From: a virus | Taxonomy: Duplodnaviria; Caudoviricetes | DNA: 37,138 nucleotides | Virus record (IMG/VR): IMGVR_UViG_3300035703_000222 | Location: 1 to 37,138 of that record | Reading direction: 5' to 3' (one strand) | In this document: positions 12,586 to 20,880 of the stretch, piece by piece | How the letters are laid out: every line of letters begins with the position of its first letter | How positions within the stretch are numbered: position 1 is the stretch's first letter | Translations under genes and position numbers: made by a program | The notes under the pieces: generated by a model | Databases searched by the model: none | Told to the model about the DNA's origin: nothing | What the model saw: the letters and a program-made list of their open reading frames with translations, nothing else

Positions 12586-15500
12586 CGCTTGGCTCCTAGC
12601 AGCGAAATGGTGCTATTTCTCAACCAACACGGGTTGCTGCCATTGCCCATTGCTAGGTCCACCCGGCGACTGCCGGTCAAGATCTTTACTCGCGCGGTCG
12701 TGATGTTCCTCGCCGTAAACGTCATGGCGATCGGCAGCGATGCCATAGTGTCTGCGCTACTGTCTGTCCGCAGACCGACCTGCTGCTGCGCAACGAGGCG
12801 GTACCCGGCTCCAGTGTCGAGCAACATGAAGAGATGCTGCCCGGAGTCGTTGTAGGTGTAGATCGATCCGTCGTGGGTTGCGTAGTACACAATCTGCACA
12901 GCAGCGGTAGCGTCAACCCCAACGGTTACCGTTGGCGTTTCTATGACGGTAATTGCGTTTGTAAATGTAGGCGCGCTGTACGTCACCACTCGAACGTGAT
13001 CGCCATTACCGGGACCAACATACTGAATGACATAGTCAGGCTCACCCGGGTTGTAATAGATCAGCACGTAGGCGTAGTCGCCATTACCTTCACCGACGTA
13101 GTTGTAGCTTTCATTGACTCCGCTATTCGTCATTACGATCGCCGAAGAAGTCGGCACGTATACGTCTGCCGCCGTGTACACCTCAGGCTGCGTGATGGCG
13201 TTACCAGCGATCTTCAGCGTACCGACCGCCAAGTTGGCTATCTTTCCCGTGGTCACCGCCAAGTCGTCGATCTTTGCCGTCGTGACGCCAAGGTCTTTGA
13301 TGCGAAGACGGCTGCGCCCGATGGAGCTGTCGTAATACGTGTCAAGCGTGACGTTGCCATCAAGCGTTATCAGATTGGCGTCGATCGTGAGCCCGTTCGG
13401 GCTCGGCACAATTTTCTCGGCTGTCAGGCTAGTGATCTGCGCGCTTGTGATGGTCGCGTTCTGGATCATCGCCGTGGTGATATCACCCGCCTTGATGACC
13501 GCTAGCGTGTCGATGTAAACGACGCCGTTCTCCACCTTAAATGGCGTGATGTACGAGGTAGACGTCGACAGAGACTTGATGCGAAAGTTTGTCGAGACAA
13601 TCTCGACGTTTCCGCCCTCGACCTTGAAGGTCGGGTTGTTCGCAGTAAAACCAGTGACGTTGCCCTGAGCGTCGTAACTCGTCGACGTTGTGCCGCCGGA
13701 GTACAGGCTCGCGCCGTACACCTGAGAGCCGTTGAAGGCAATCGAGGCGGTGACGTAGCCAGCAGTGATCTTCTTGGCAGCAACCGAGCCGATCTTGGCG
13801 TCCGTGATGCTGGCGTTCTGAATGAATGCGTCTTTGATGTAAACGCCATTCGGAACGCCGGCTATGCCGCTGACGTACGCAAACGGTACCGTGTCTGATG
13901 ACGGGTTGAGCGTCAGGTTATTCGCTGTAGACGCAGGGTCAACAATCGCGAAGCGGTCTGCACGAATAATGAACGCGGAGGTAGGTGTTCCGTTTACCAC
14001 CGTCGATGCCAGACCGAATCCAGACACATGCCCGTTCAGGTCAATCTTGACCGTGTACTGCCCTTGCAGTGACTGACCATCCGCCTTGGTGAAGTAGTTC
14101 TGTTGAACAGCGGCAGTCGTCGCGTAACCCGTCAACGTATTGTTGAAAGTTGACGTGAGCGTCGTGGTTGCAGAGCTGATCGCCGAGTCGGTCGCCGTCT
14201 TCGTGTAGTAGTCCGCAGTAAGTGTCGCGGTCGTAACATAGGAACCAAGCGCATTGTTCAGCGCAGTCGTTGAGACAAGACCGGTGGTCGCTGCCGATAT
14301 CGCGCTGTTCGTCTGCGTGGACGTCAGGTAGTTATTCGTGAGCGTCGCGTTAGTGACGTAGCTGCTCAGCGTGCTATTAAGCGTCGTCGTCGATACGAGA
14401 CTTTGCGTAGCGGCGCTGATGGCGCTATCAGTGGCGGACTTTGTGTAGTAGTTCGTCGTCAGGTTTGCGTTGGTGGCATACCCGGTCAACGTGTTATTGA
14501 AGCTTGTCGTTAGATTGGACGACGAAGTTGCAATCGCAGAGTCTGTAGCTGACTTCGTGTAGTAGTCATTGATTAGAGTCGACCGCGTTGCCGGCAGACC
14601 CGTGGTCGGGTGATTGACCTGAGTGCTAAGGACGGTGACGCTGCTGGAGATAGCGCTGTCGGCAGTAACGCGCGCCTGACGCTCGCTGTAAACGAGACCG
14701 GTTGTCAGCGCGTCTATGTCATTTCCGGTGTAACTGCCGCGCAGCTGCGCAGCGAGCGTCTCACGTGCGGTTGCCTGAGCGCTGTCACCGTCTGCGCGGG
14801 CGGTCTGCTCAGCTTGGAGCGCCGCAATCGTGGCGTATGTGCCAGCCGCTGTTGCCGTTAGAGTTGTGATCTGCTGAGCCAGTGCGCTGTCCGCGTTAGC
14901 CCGAGTCGTCGCTTCGTTCGTGATGGCAGTGCCACGGGCAGCCGCTTCGTCTAGCAAAGCTTGAGCGCGAGTTGCCGCCTCGGCAGCAACAGCGTTAATG
15001 CGATCCTGAATTTCTTTATTGACCTTTCGCGACGTAACGCGCGTCGAGTCGACGGCATCGCCGATCCGCGTAGCCAAGTCCTTGGACAGACTGCTTTCGA
15101 GGATCTTCCCCTCGACTGCGGCAATGAGGATTGCCGGGTCGACACCAGTCTTAACTTCGGTGCCGAACGAGCTGTTCCACGCCGACTTGATGCCGGCAGC
15201 AGAGACCGTGCGCACCCAGTAGTAGACCGTGCGGTTCTCGCCCGCCACGTCCGTGAAGAACTGGCTGGTCGAGGTGCCAACCATGGCGGCAGCCGATAGG
15301 TCGTTTGAGAAAGATCTATGGATCTCCCAGTACGACTGGTTCGGGAAGCCGGACATGTTCCACGACAGGAAAACAGTGTCGAAAACAGCTGTTGCCCGAA
15401 GCTCCGATGGCGCGGGCGGCGTCGTGAGATCCTTCGTCGGGTCGTACAGCTCAGGGATCACCCCGTCGAGCAGCGTCGATCGCACGCGCACCGGCGTGCT

Positions 15501-15695
15501 GAGCAGGCTCGATGCGCTGCCGGTTGAGTCCGACTGAACCACGCCCAGTGCTTCGAGGTCACGGAAGGTGACCCCGGCATCGAGCGCGTCGCCACGGCGA
15601 CCGACGCGAACCTCTAGTGCTTCCTTGAGTGCGCCGACAACCTCTGCTGCGTTGGTCCCATCGAACTCAGGGATGTTCGGCAGCCTTGTCGTCAT
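12582..15695 (-). CDS. Tail tip / host-specificity fibre protein (TipJ/DUF1983-like, ~1037 aa)
   Basis: N-terminal Fn3-like domain (..YYWVRTVS..), coiled coil, Thr/Ser-rich YYTK.ATDSAI repeats, QYTVKIDLNGHVSGFGL..FIIRADRFAI (DUF1983-like), IT.AKI repeats. The start at 15695 gives an ATGA overlap with the upstream stop; the track's start at 15713 is less likely. Confidence 0.85.
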   Translation of the reverse strand: MTTRLPNIPEFDGTNAAEVVGALKEALEVRVGRRGDALDAGVTFRDLEALGVVQSDSTGSASSLLSTPVRVRSTLLDGVIPELYDPTKDLTTPPAPSELRATAVFDTVFLSWNMSGFPNQSYWEIHRSFSNDLSAAAMVGTSTSQFFTDVAGENRTVYYWVRTVSAAGIKSAWNSSFGTEVKTGVDPAILIAAVEGKILESSLSKDLATRIGDAVDSTRVTSRKVNKEIQDRINAVAAEAATRAQALLDEAAARGTAITNEATTRANADSALAQQITTLTATAAGTYATIAALQAEQTARADGDSAQATARETLAAQLRGSYTGNDIDALTTGLVYSERQARVTADSAISSSVTVLSTQVNHPTTGLPATRSTLINDYYTKSATDSAIATSSSNLTTSFNNTLTGYATNANLTTNYYTKSATDSAISAATQSLVSTTTLNSTLSSYVTNATLTNNYLTSTQTNSAISAATTGLVSTTALNNALGSYVTTATLTADYYTKTATDSAISSATTTLTSTFNNTLTGYATTAAVQQNYFTKADGQSLQGQYTVKIDLNGHVSGFGLASTVVNGTPTSAFIIRADRFAIVDPASTANNLTLNPSSDTVPFAYVSGIAGVPNGVYIKDAFIQNASITDAKIGSVAAKKITAGYVTASIAFNGSQVYGASLYSGGTTSTSYDAQGNVTGFTANNPTFKVEGGNVEIVSTNFRIKSLSTSTSYITPFKVENGVVYIDTLAVIKAGDITTAMIQNATITSAQITSLTAEKIVPSPNGLTIDANLITLDGNVTLDTYYDSSIGRSRLRIKDLGVTTAKIDDLAVTTGKIANLAVGTLKIAGNAITQPEVYTAADVYVPTSSAIVMTNSGVNESYNYVGEGNGDYAYVLIYYNPGEPDYVIQYVGPGNGDHVRVVTYSAPTFTNAITVIETPTVTVGVDATAAVQIVYYATHDGSIYTYNDSGQHLFMLLDTGAGYRLVAQQQVGLRTDSSADTMASLPIAMTFTARNITTARVKILTGSRRVDLAMGNGSNPCWLRNSTISLLGAKR

Positions 15696-18280
15696 AGGTT
15701 CTTCAGCTCCCATGCGGACTGCGCCAGAGCAACACCCGTCACGTCACTGGTCCCCGTGACCTCGATGTACCACTCGCGGGCGAGGAAGCCTGAGTGCAAG
15801 CGGAACGGGTTCGAGCTGGTCACGGTGTACGTGCGCTCAGTGCCATCCGCCGTGACCTTCAGCGTCACCGGGTACGCATTGGCAATCACCTGACCGAACG
15901 ACATGTTGATCGGTGATGGCAGTGCCGCGATCTTTGAGACCCAGCGGTACGTGCGATTGGAGTTGCCGGCGAACAGAGATTCAATACCGGCGGTCGACAT
16001 TAGGTACAAGTTGTCGTCTTGTACGACGCGGTGACCAGCGTAGGCGACCACGTCGGTTTCGCACCACGTAGCCGTCTGCCCAGTCGGGTCGAAGATGAAC
16101 ATCTTCACGGCGTTGTTTACCGTGCAGAAGCCGTGGTACCGGTTTTCGTGCCAGTAGCCATGGATGCTCGACGGGTTGTACGCCTGCCACTGCGCTTGGC
16201 TCAGAACACCCTGCGTGAGTACGCGAGCGCCGCCAGCGCCAATCATTACCAGACCGTCCGGCGAGGCGTAGATGATCCCGCTCTCGGTCTCAACGATCGA
16301 GCGCTTGGACACGCATGCCTGTTCGAGAGGCAGCTTCTGCACGGTCATGGACTTCGGGTCCACGCCGGTCACGATGTACGGATGCGCCTTGGTGAGGATC
16401 GCAGCCGACTGACCAAACACGCCGATGCCGACAACCGGGAACTCCACGGTCAAGCGAGCGCCGGCGGGCCACGCGCTGGGCAAGTAAGGCTCTGAGAAGC
16501 AGATGGTCTTTTCCTGAGACCACCCGATGGCGATTCCGTTCGCCATTAACCGCAATCCCTGCAGATCGGATGGCGGCTGTAGCCAGTCCGTGGAAGGCAG
16601 TACCTCGCCGAGGGATGCCTGCGGGACGTTGTCCTGCGTCGAACTCACGCCGATCAGGATTTCCTTGACGAACTGATAGTTCGTAGCGGCTGTGCCTGTA
16701 GCGCTGCGGTAGATGTACACCTTGGCGACGTTGTAGTTGCCAGTGGGTGCGCCGGAAATTCCGGAAATGGTGACCGGGGATTCTGGATCAACATCGACCG
16801 ATTCGGAGGGCTCACTCGGGGGACCTTCCTCGCCGTACTCGGAGACATAGGTGTACACGTACACACGGGTCTCAGCGGAACGGGTGGGCTGCAGGTTGCC
16901 AGAGGCGGCGTAGGCTTGATCAGGAGGGAGAAGTGCGTCCGGGTTGGTGGGCGCAGCGCGCGAGGCAATGCTCGCGGCGGACAGGGTGTCCGTGTAGGTG
17001 GTCTGGCTGGCGGGCAGCTCGATGACCAGCTTGTAGCTGGACTCAGTGACCGTGAAGGTGCCCTCGCTGCTGACCGTGACGTTCTGGCGGTACAGGCGCT
17101 TCTTCTCGGCGCCCTCGGGGATCTCCCCGCCGTGGACAATCTTCACCCGGGAGGTGCCGTCCACCACGCCAATGAAGCCGCTGCTGTCTGACAGTGGGCT
17201 CTCATAGCCCGTCTCGTCGACCCAGCTGACGGCGTATACGCGCTTCTGTAGGGACGCATCGCTGACCCCTGTGGTCGACTCATCGTCGATCTCCAGTGTC
17301 GCCGTAGGGGCGAATACGGGCTTCGGCGGGACGTCTGCGGCGCCGGTGGGTATGGTGGGTGCGCTGGTCAGCTCGGCGTCTAGGGCGTCGTCCTCGTACT
17401 TCGTCTGCGTCAGCGGGATAGTCGCCACCCGGCGGTAGACGTCATTCACCTTGCGGTAGATGCGCTTCTGGGTAACCGCCGACTGTCCGTTGTCGTCAAT
17501 GGGCAGGCTGGTCAGGGTGACGCGGGCGAGGATGCGCTTCGAGATATTGAACGACCCGGCGGTAACAGCTGTTGCCCCCCTTTCGAAGGTGAGCGTCTTG
17601 CCGTCCGGGGTGGTCAGGACCTTAAAGGCACCCGACACGCCAGACAGGATCACGTAGTCGTCCTTCTCGAATTCGTGGGTGTTCGTGAACGTCAGGGTGA
17701 CGGTCGTACCGCTGACCGCGGCGGTCGCCGGGTACAAGCCGAAGTCGTAGTGGCTCGTGAGGACCGTGGTCTTTGCCGTGACACCAAGTGCCGACTCTTT
17801 GCTGCCATCAGCGTTCAAGTAAGTGACGGCGTATTCGCGAGTCTGGGTGGCAGCCTCGGACACGACAGCGCCCGTAACGACCGGAGTGTTCGCCGGCTTC
17901 GGCAGCCCGAGGCGGTAGTACTGCGACGGGTACGGCGCGCTGCCGGCAGTAACGAAAGTCTTCGGTCCGTACTTCGGGAAGCTGTCGCCCGTCCAGTAAA
18001 TGCGGTCGTACTGGTCTTCCAGAATGGGAGACTCGATCACATCGACTTCGCTGGTCCACGACATCCACTTGGTGTTGTTCAGGACCGGGTACAGCTTGCG
18101 GACGTTGGCTGCAACCGCCTGTCCGACAGTTACAGCCGTGCTGCCGTTGGTCTTGTACGGCACAAGGGCGCCAGACTGCAGGCGCGCATTGAGGGCGTAC
18201 TGCGCCTCAGCGTCGTTCAGTAGGCGCGGGTCGACCAGCGGTCGCATCCCGGCAAAGCCTTTGAGGACGAGAGCCGCCAT
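15692..18280 (-). CDS. Tail nozzle / tail tubular protein B-like (862 aa)
   Basis: F.GM.P..DPRLL N-terminus, CFSEPYLPSAWP, ACVSKRSIV, YASPDGLV and YRWVSK motifs of podoviral beta-propeller nozzle proteins; three internal Ig-like repeats. Confidence 0.8.
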   Translation of the reverse strand: MAALVLKGFAGMRPLVDPRLLNDAEAQYALNARLQSGALVPYKTNGSTAVTVGQAVAANVRKLYPVLNNTKWMSWTSEVDVIESPILEDQYDRIYWTGDSFPKYGPKTFVTAGSAPYPSQYYRLGLPKPANTPVVTGAVVSEAATQTREYAVTYLNADGSKESALGVTAKTTVLTSHYDFGLYPATAAVSGTTVTLTFTNTHEFEKDDYVILSGVSGAFKVLTTPDGKTLTFERGATAVTAGSFNISKRILARVTLTSLPIDDNGQSAVTQKRIYRKVNDVYRRVATIPLTQTKYEDDALDAELTSAPTIPTGAADVPPKPVFAPTATLEIDDESTTGVSDASLQKRVYAVSWVDETGYESPLSDSSGFIGVVDGTSRVKIVHGGEIPEGAEKKRLYRQNVTVSSEGTFTVTESSYKLVIELPASQTTYTDTLSAASIASRAAPTNPDALLPPDQAYAASGNLQPTRSAETRVYVYTYVSEYGEEGPPSEPSESVDVDPESPVTISGISGAPTGNYNVAKVYIYRSATGTAATNYQFVKEILIGVSSTQDNVPQASLGEVLPSTDWLQPPSDLQGLRLMANGIAIGWSQEKTICFSEPYLPSAWPAGARLTVEFPVVGIGVFGQSAAILTKAHPYIVTGVDPKSMTVQKLPLEQACVSKRSIVETESGIIYASPDGLVMIGAGGARVLTQGVLSQAQWQAYNPSSIHGYWHENRYHGFCTVNNAVKMFIFDPTGQTATWCETDVVAYAGHRVVQDDNLYLMSTAGIESLFAGNSNRTYRWVSKIAALPSPINMSFGQVIANAYPVTLKVTADGTERTYTVTSSNPFRLHSGFLAREWYIEVTGTSDVTGVALAQSAWELKNL

Positions 18281-18591
18281 TACCAGAGGTCCTTGCGCGC
18301 CCAGTGGTTCGCGCTGAACTTGTCGTCCTTGGTGAGCTTGCCCGACTTGTCACGGATACCGCCCGAGCGCTTGAGGTAGTTCTCGCGGCGCTTCTCGCTG
18401 CCGTGCTGGGTGTAGTCTTCGTAGCCACGGAGACCGTACTTCACCAGCTTTACGTCGTCGCCCTTCTTGGCGAGGACCATCTTTTTCGCGCTGTCACCGG
18501 CAGGGGCTTTCTTGGGCTTATTGAAGCCATCGAAGGTGTGCCCGCGGTAGACCAGCTTTCCGCCTTCGCGCTTGACGTCTTTCGCTTTCAT
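18280..18591 (-). CDS. Small basic virion protein (103 aa), DUF5754/DUF6321-like
   Basis: Lys/Arg-rich with YG..GYEDYTQH..EKRRENYLKR..DKFSANHWAR..LW; TAATG coupling to the nozzle gene. Confidence 0.8.
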   Translation of the reverse strand: MKAKDVKREGGKLVYRGHTFDGFNKPKKAPAGDSAKKMVLAKKGDDVKLVKYGLRGYEDYTQHGSEKRRENYLKRSGGIRDKSGKLTKDDKFSANHWARKDLW

Positions 18592-18606
18592 TTACGGACC
18601 CCAGAT

Positions 18607-18633
18607 AGAGAAAGCCCCGCGCAGGGCGGGGCT
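18607..18633 (-). terminator. Intrinsic terminator
   Basis: Stem AGCCCCGC / GCGGGGCT with 5-nt loop followed by TTCTCT, just after the stop at 18639. Confidence 0.7.
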
Positions 18634-18638
18634 CAGGT

Positions 18639-18800
18639 TTAGTCGGCTTTCGGCGCCTCAGGTGGCGGCTGAAGCTGCTGGGCAGCTTGCTGCTGCAACT
18701 TCTGAATCAACCCAGCGACAGCCTCAAAGGGCTGCTTGGCAAGGGCGGCGACCAGAAGGTTGCCCTCCTCCACCGACACCTCGAATTTCAGAGTACTCAC
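18639..18800 (-). CDS. Small conserved phage protein (53 aa), not in ORF track
   Basis: GTG at 18800 with AGGAGG 5 nt upstream; MSTLKFEVSVEEGNLLVAALAKQPFEAVAGLIQKLQQQAAQQLQPPPEAPKAD; followed by a terminator. Confidence 0.85.
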   Translation of the reverse strand: MSTLKFEVSVEEGNLLVAALAKQPFEAVAGLIQKLQQQAAQQLQPPPEAPKAD

Positions 18801-18886
18801 GTATACCTCCTAGGATTACCCAGTACCGTCCGGTATTGTCTAGTTTACCGGATGATTCGGAAAAATCCCGCGTTTTAAGGCGATTA

Positions 18887-19822
18887 TTAGTAGACGAGAA
18901 CGTGGTTTGCGTAGAACCGGGTGTTGCCGAACGTATACACGGCGCCCGGGTACACGATACGCTCGATCTTCACGATCTTCTTCGGGCTGCCGAGCTCGTT
19001 CACGACGCTGTCCCCAAGCTCGACGACCTTCGCGAGACCCATGTCCTTGTACTCAGGCACAGGGACGAGGGACGCATATCCCTTGCCGAGGATGTACAGC
19101 GGATGCTCTTCGGACGCTCGAAGCGTAGAGCCGTCCTCGAAGGTGTACTGGTACATCGGGCGATCTGTGCGGACGATGACCTCGGTCACCGGCACGGCGA
19201 CGTTGGTCTTTAGTTCCTCGCTGTACGTGAGGATGAAGTCGCCGACCTGTACCTCTCCGATCGCCCTGAGCGAGCCGTCGCCCATAAGGATCAGGGTGTC
19301 GGGCGTGAAGCAACAGAACGGGCATCCCGTGTACTCGGTCTCAAGGTAAACGCGCCAATACCTGGTGTTACTACCCGACGTCGCGTTGACCTCGAACTCA
19401 GCTATTCGATATGCATTAAACCCAGTGCCTAGGACGAAGTTCGCTGTATTGCCCGTCCCGCTGCCGGATGCAACTAGAGTGCTTCCGTCAACCTGACCGG
19501 CGCCAAATGAGCCAGCGACTCTGGTCCATGTCCATGAAGCGGACTGGGTACATGAAATGGAGACTTGCGCTGTGCCGCCAGCTTCACCAATGAAATAATC
19601 CTGAACCAAAACGCGGCTGCTGGATGACGTGCTGCCGTCAGGGCTAAACGTACCGCCTGAAGGCGGGACGCTTTTGCCATAGAAATCACTAAACCCAATC
19701 GTTCCGCTTGGGAATGTGCCGCTGGAGTGTGATGTCCCGCGATACGAGTTCAGGTCATTACCGCGACCAAACTCCGCGTTGATCTGCGACATGCTGATCT
19801 CGCCTGACGACTGAAGCGGCAT
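18887..19822 (-). CDS. Putative fibre-tip adhesin with C-terminal Hint (intein-like) domain (311 aa)
   Basis: N-terminal SG.ISMSQINAEFG..P.GTIGFSDFYGKS motif seen in small fibre-associated proteins. Hint domain from Cys171: CFTPDTLILMGDG, I.EVQVGD.I, LRASEEHPLY, VELGDSV, FYANHVLVY-stop. Confidence 0.88.
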   Translation of the reverse strand: MPLQSSGEISMSQINAEFGRGNDLNSYRGTSHSSGTFPSGTIGFSDFYGKSVPPSGGTFSPDGSTSSSSRVLVQDYFIGEAGGTAQVSISCTQSASWTWTRVAGSFGAGQVDGSTLVASGSGTGNTANFVLGTGFNAYRIAEFEVNATSGSNTRYWRVYLETEYTGCPFCCFTPDTLILMGDGSLRAIGEVQVGDFILTYSEELKTNVAVPVTEVIVRTDRPMYQYTFEDGSTLRASEEHPLYILGKGYASLVPVPEYKDMGLAKVVELGDSVVNELGSPKKIVKIERIVYPGAVYTFGNTRFYANHVLVY

Positions 19823-19825
19823 GTC

Positions 19826-20146
19826 TTACTGCGCCCACGGAAGCGGCTTGGTCTGCATTGCGGCTTCCTCGATCACGCGGGCAATCACGTTGGCGATGTG
19901 TTCCTTTGCATGAATCGCTGACCGGCTTGCGTCAATCCACGCGACAGCCTGCTCGCGCGACAGTGACTCGAACGGCGTGAATGTCGCGGGGGTCGCATCG
20001 GGCAGCCGGACCACTACAGGCAGGTGGAACTCCACGCCACCATCCGCGCCCCACACGTTCACATCGATCTCGCGTACCACATCAGACAGAGCGCCCTGAG
20101 TAGCGACGCGCAGCCCGTTGATGGCGTACGTGTATGTGACAGCCAT
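19826..20146 (-). CDS. Fibre-associated small protein, DUF7936-like paralog 3 (106 aa)
   Basis: MAVTYTYAI..LSDVV..FTPFESLSREQAVAWI..LPW motif set. Confidence 0.8.
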   Translation of the reverse strand: MAVTYTYAINGLRVATQGALSDVVREIDVNVWGADGGVEFHLPVVVRLPDATPATFTPFESLSREQAVAWIDASRSAIHAKEHIANVIARVIEEAAMQTKPLPWAQ

Positions 20147-20158
20147 GCGCGGCTCCGA

Positions 20159-20533
20159 TTAAGCGGCAGGCGGCGTGGCAGGCTCAGTCGGCGCAGGAGC
20201 CCACGGCATCGTCGCCTCGGTAACCGACTTGATGCGAATGCTCTCCGCAATAGCCTCGTTCACATGCTGTTCGTAATGACCGACGACCACAGCCTTGATC
20301 CAGTTCAGCACAGCCTCTTCGGTCAGCTGATCGAAAGGAACGAACTGGTCAGCCGGCACGGTCTGCGCGGTGAACGGCGTCGCTCCCGCGAAGGAGCCTT
20401 CATTGCCGTTCGCATCCACACCAGTCTTCACCCAGTACGTCTGGCATACAGCCTGCGGCAAGGTCACGCCCTGCGCGTTCATTTCGTCTCGCACCTTGAT
20501 GCCGGTCACTTTCCACGTGTAGGTCATGCTCAC
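20159..20533 (-). CDS. Fibre-associated small protein, DUF7936-like paralog 2 (124 aa)
   Basis: GTG at 20533 with GGAGG 7 nt upstream and GTGA overlap with the upstream stop; TYTWKV..FVPFDQLTEEAVLNWI..MPW. Confidence 0.82.
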   Translation of the reverse strand: MSMTYTWKVTGIKVRDEMNAQGVTLPQAVCQTYWVKTGVDANGNEGSFAGATPFTAQTVPADQFVPFDQLTEEAVLNWIKAVVVGHYEQHVNEAIAESIRIKSVTEATMPWAPAPTEPATPPAA

Positions 20534-20880
20534 TGTATTTCCTCCATCTGCGCTATGCGCTCGGATATGTGTTTCTGAAAAAGCTGAATCGTGGCAGCCG
20601 GGACTCGCTCTTCGAGCCACGACAGCAGCACCGACTCGGTCACCTCTGGTGCAGGTATAAAGCTATTCGGGTCGAGGTTGCCTTTAATGACCTTCTCTCC
20701 CTCCGCCGTGTCGATCGTCCTGTCGGAGACTGTGAACGGCACAACGCCCTGACAGATCACCACGCGCCCGCTTTGGCTTGTGCCGATGTAGTCGAAGTGG
20801 ATGTGCGTCACTACGCCTGACAGTGACCCGACATTCGTCTGGTTCGTCTGTCGGATAGCAAAGTGGTAAGCGATGCTCAC
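20530..20880 (-). CDS. Fibre-associated small protein, DUF7936-like paralog 1 (116 aa)
   Basis: MSIAYHFAI..LSGVVTHIHF..FIPAPEVTESVLLSWL; GTGA overlap with the fibre gene. Confidence 0.78.
   Translation of the reverse strand: MSIAYHFAIRQTNQTNVGSLSGVVTHIHFDYIGTSQSGRVVICQGVVPFTVSDRTIDTAEGEKVIKGNLDPNSFIPAPEVTESVLLSWLEERVPAATIQLFQKHISERIAQMEEIQ

Noticed and set aside
18789-18800. Resemblance to the SlmA site GTGAGTACTCAC
   Set aside because: Only 10 of 12 match, single copy, and it coincides with the first codons of a gene.
18887-19312. Mobile intein or homing element
   Set aside because: No endonuclease insert, no terminal His-Asn and no C-extein; it is a terminal Hint domain.
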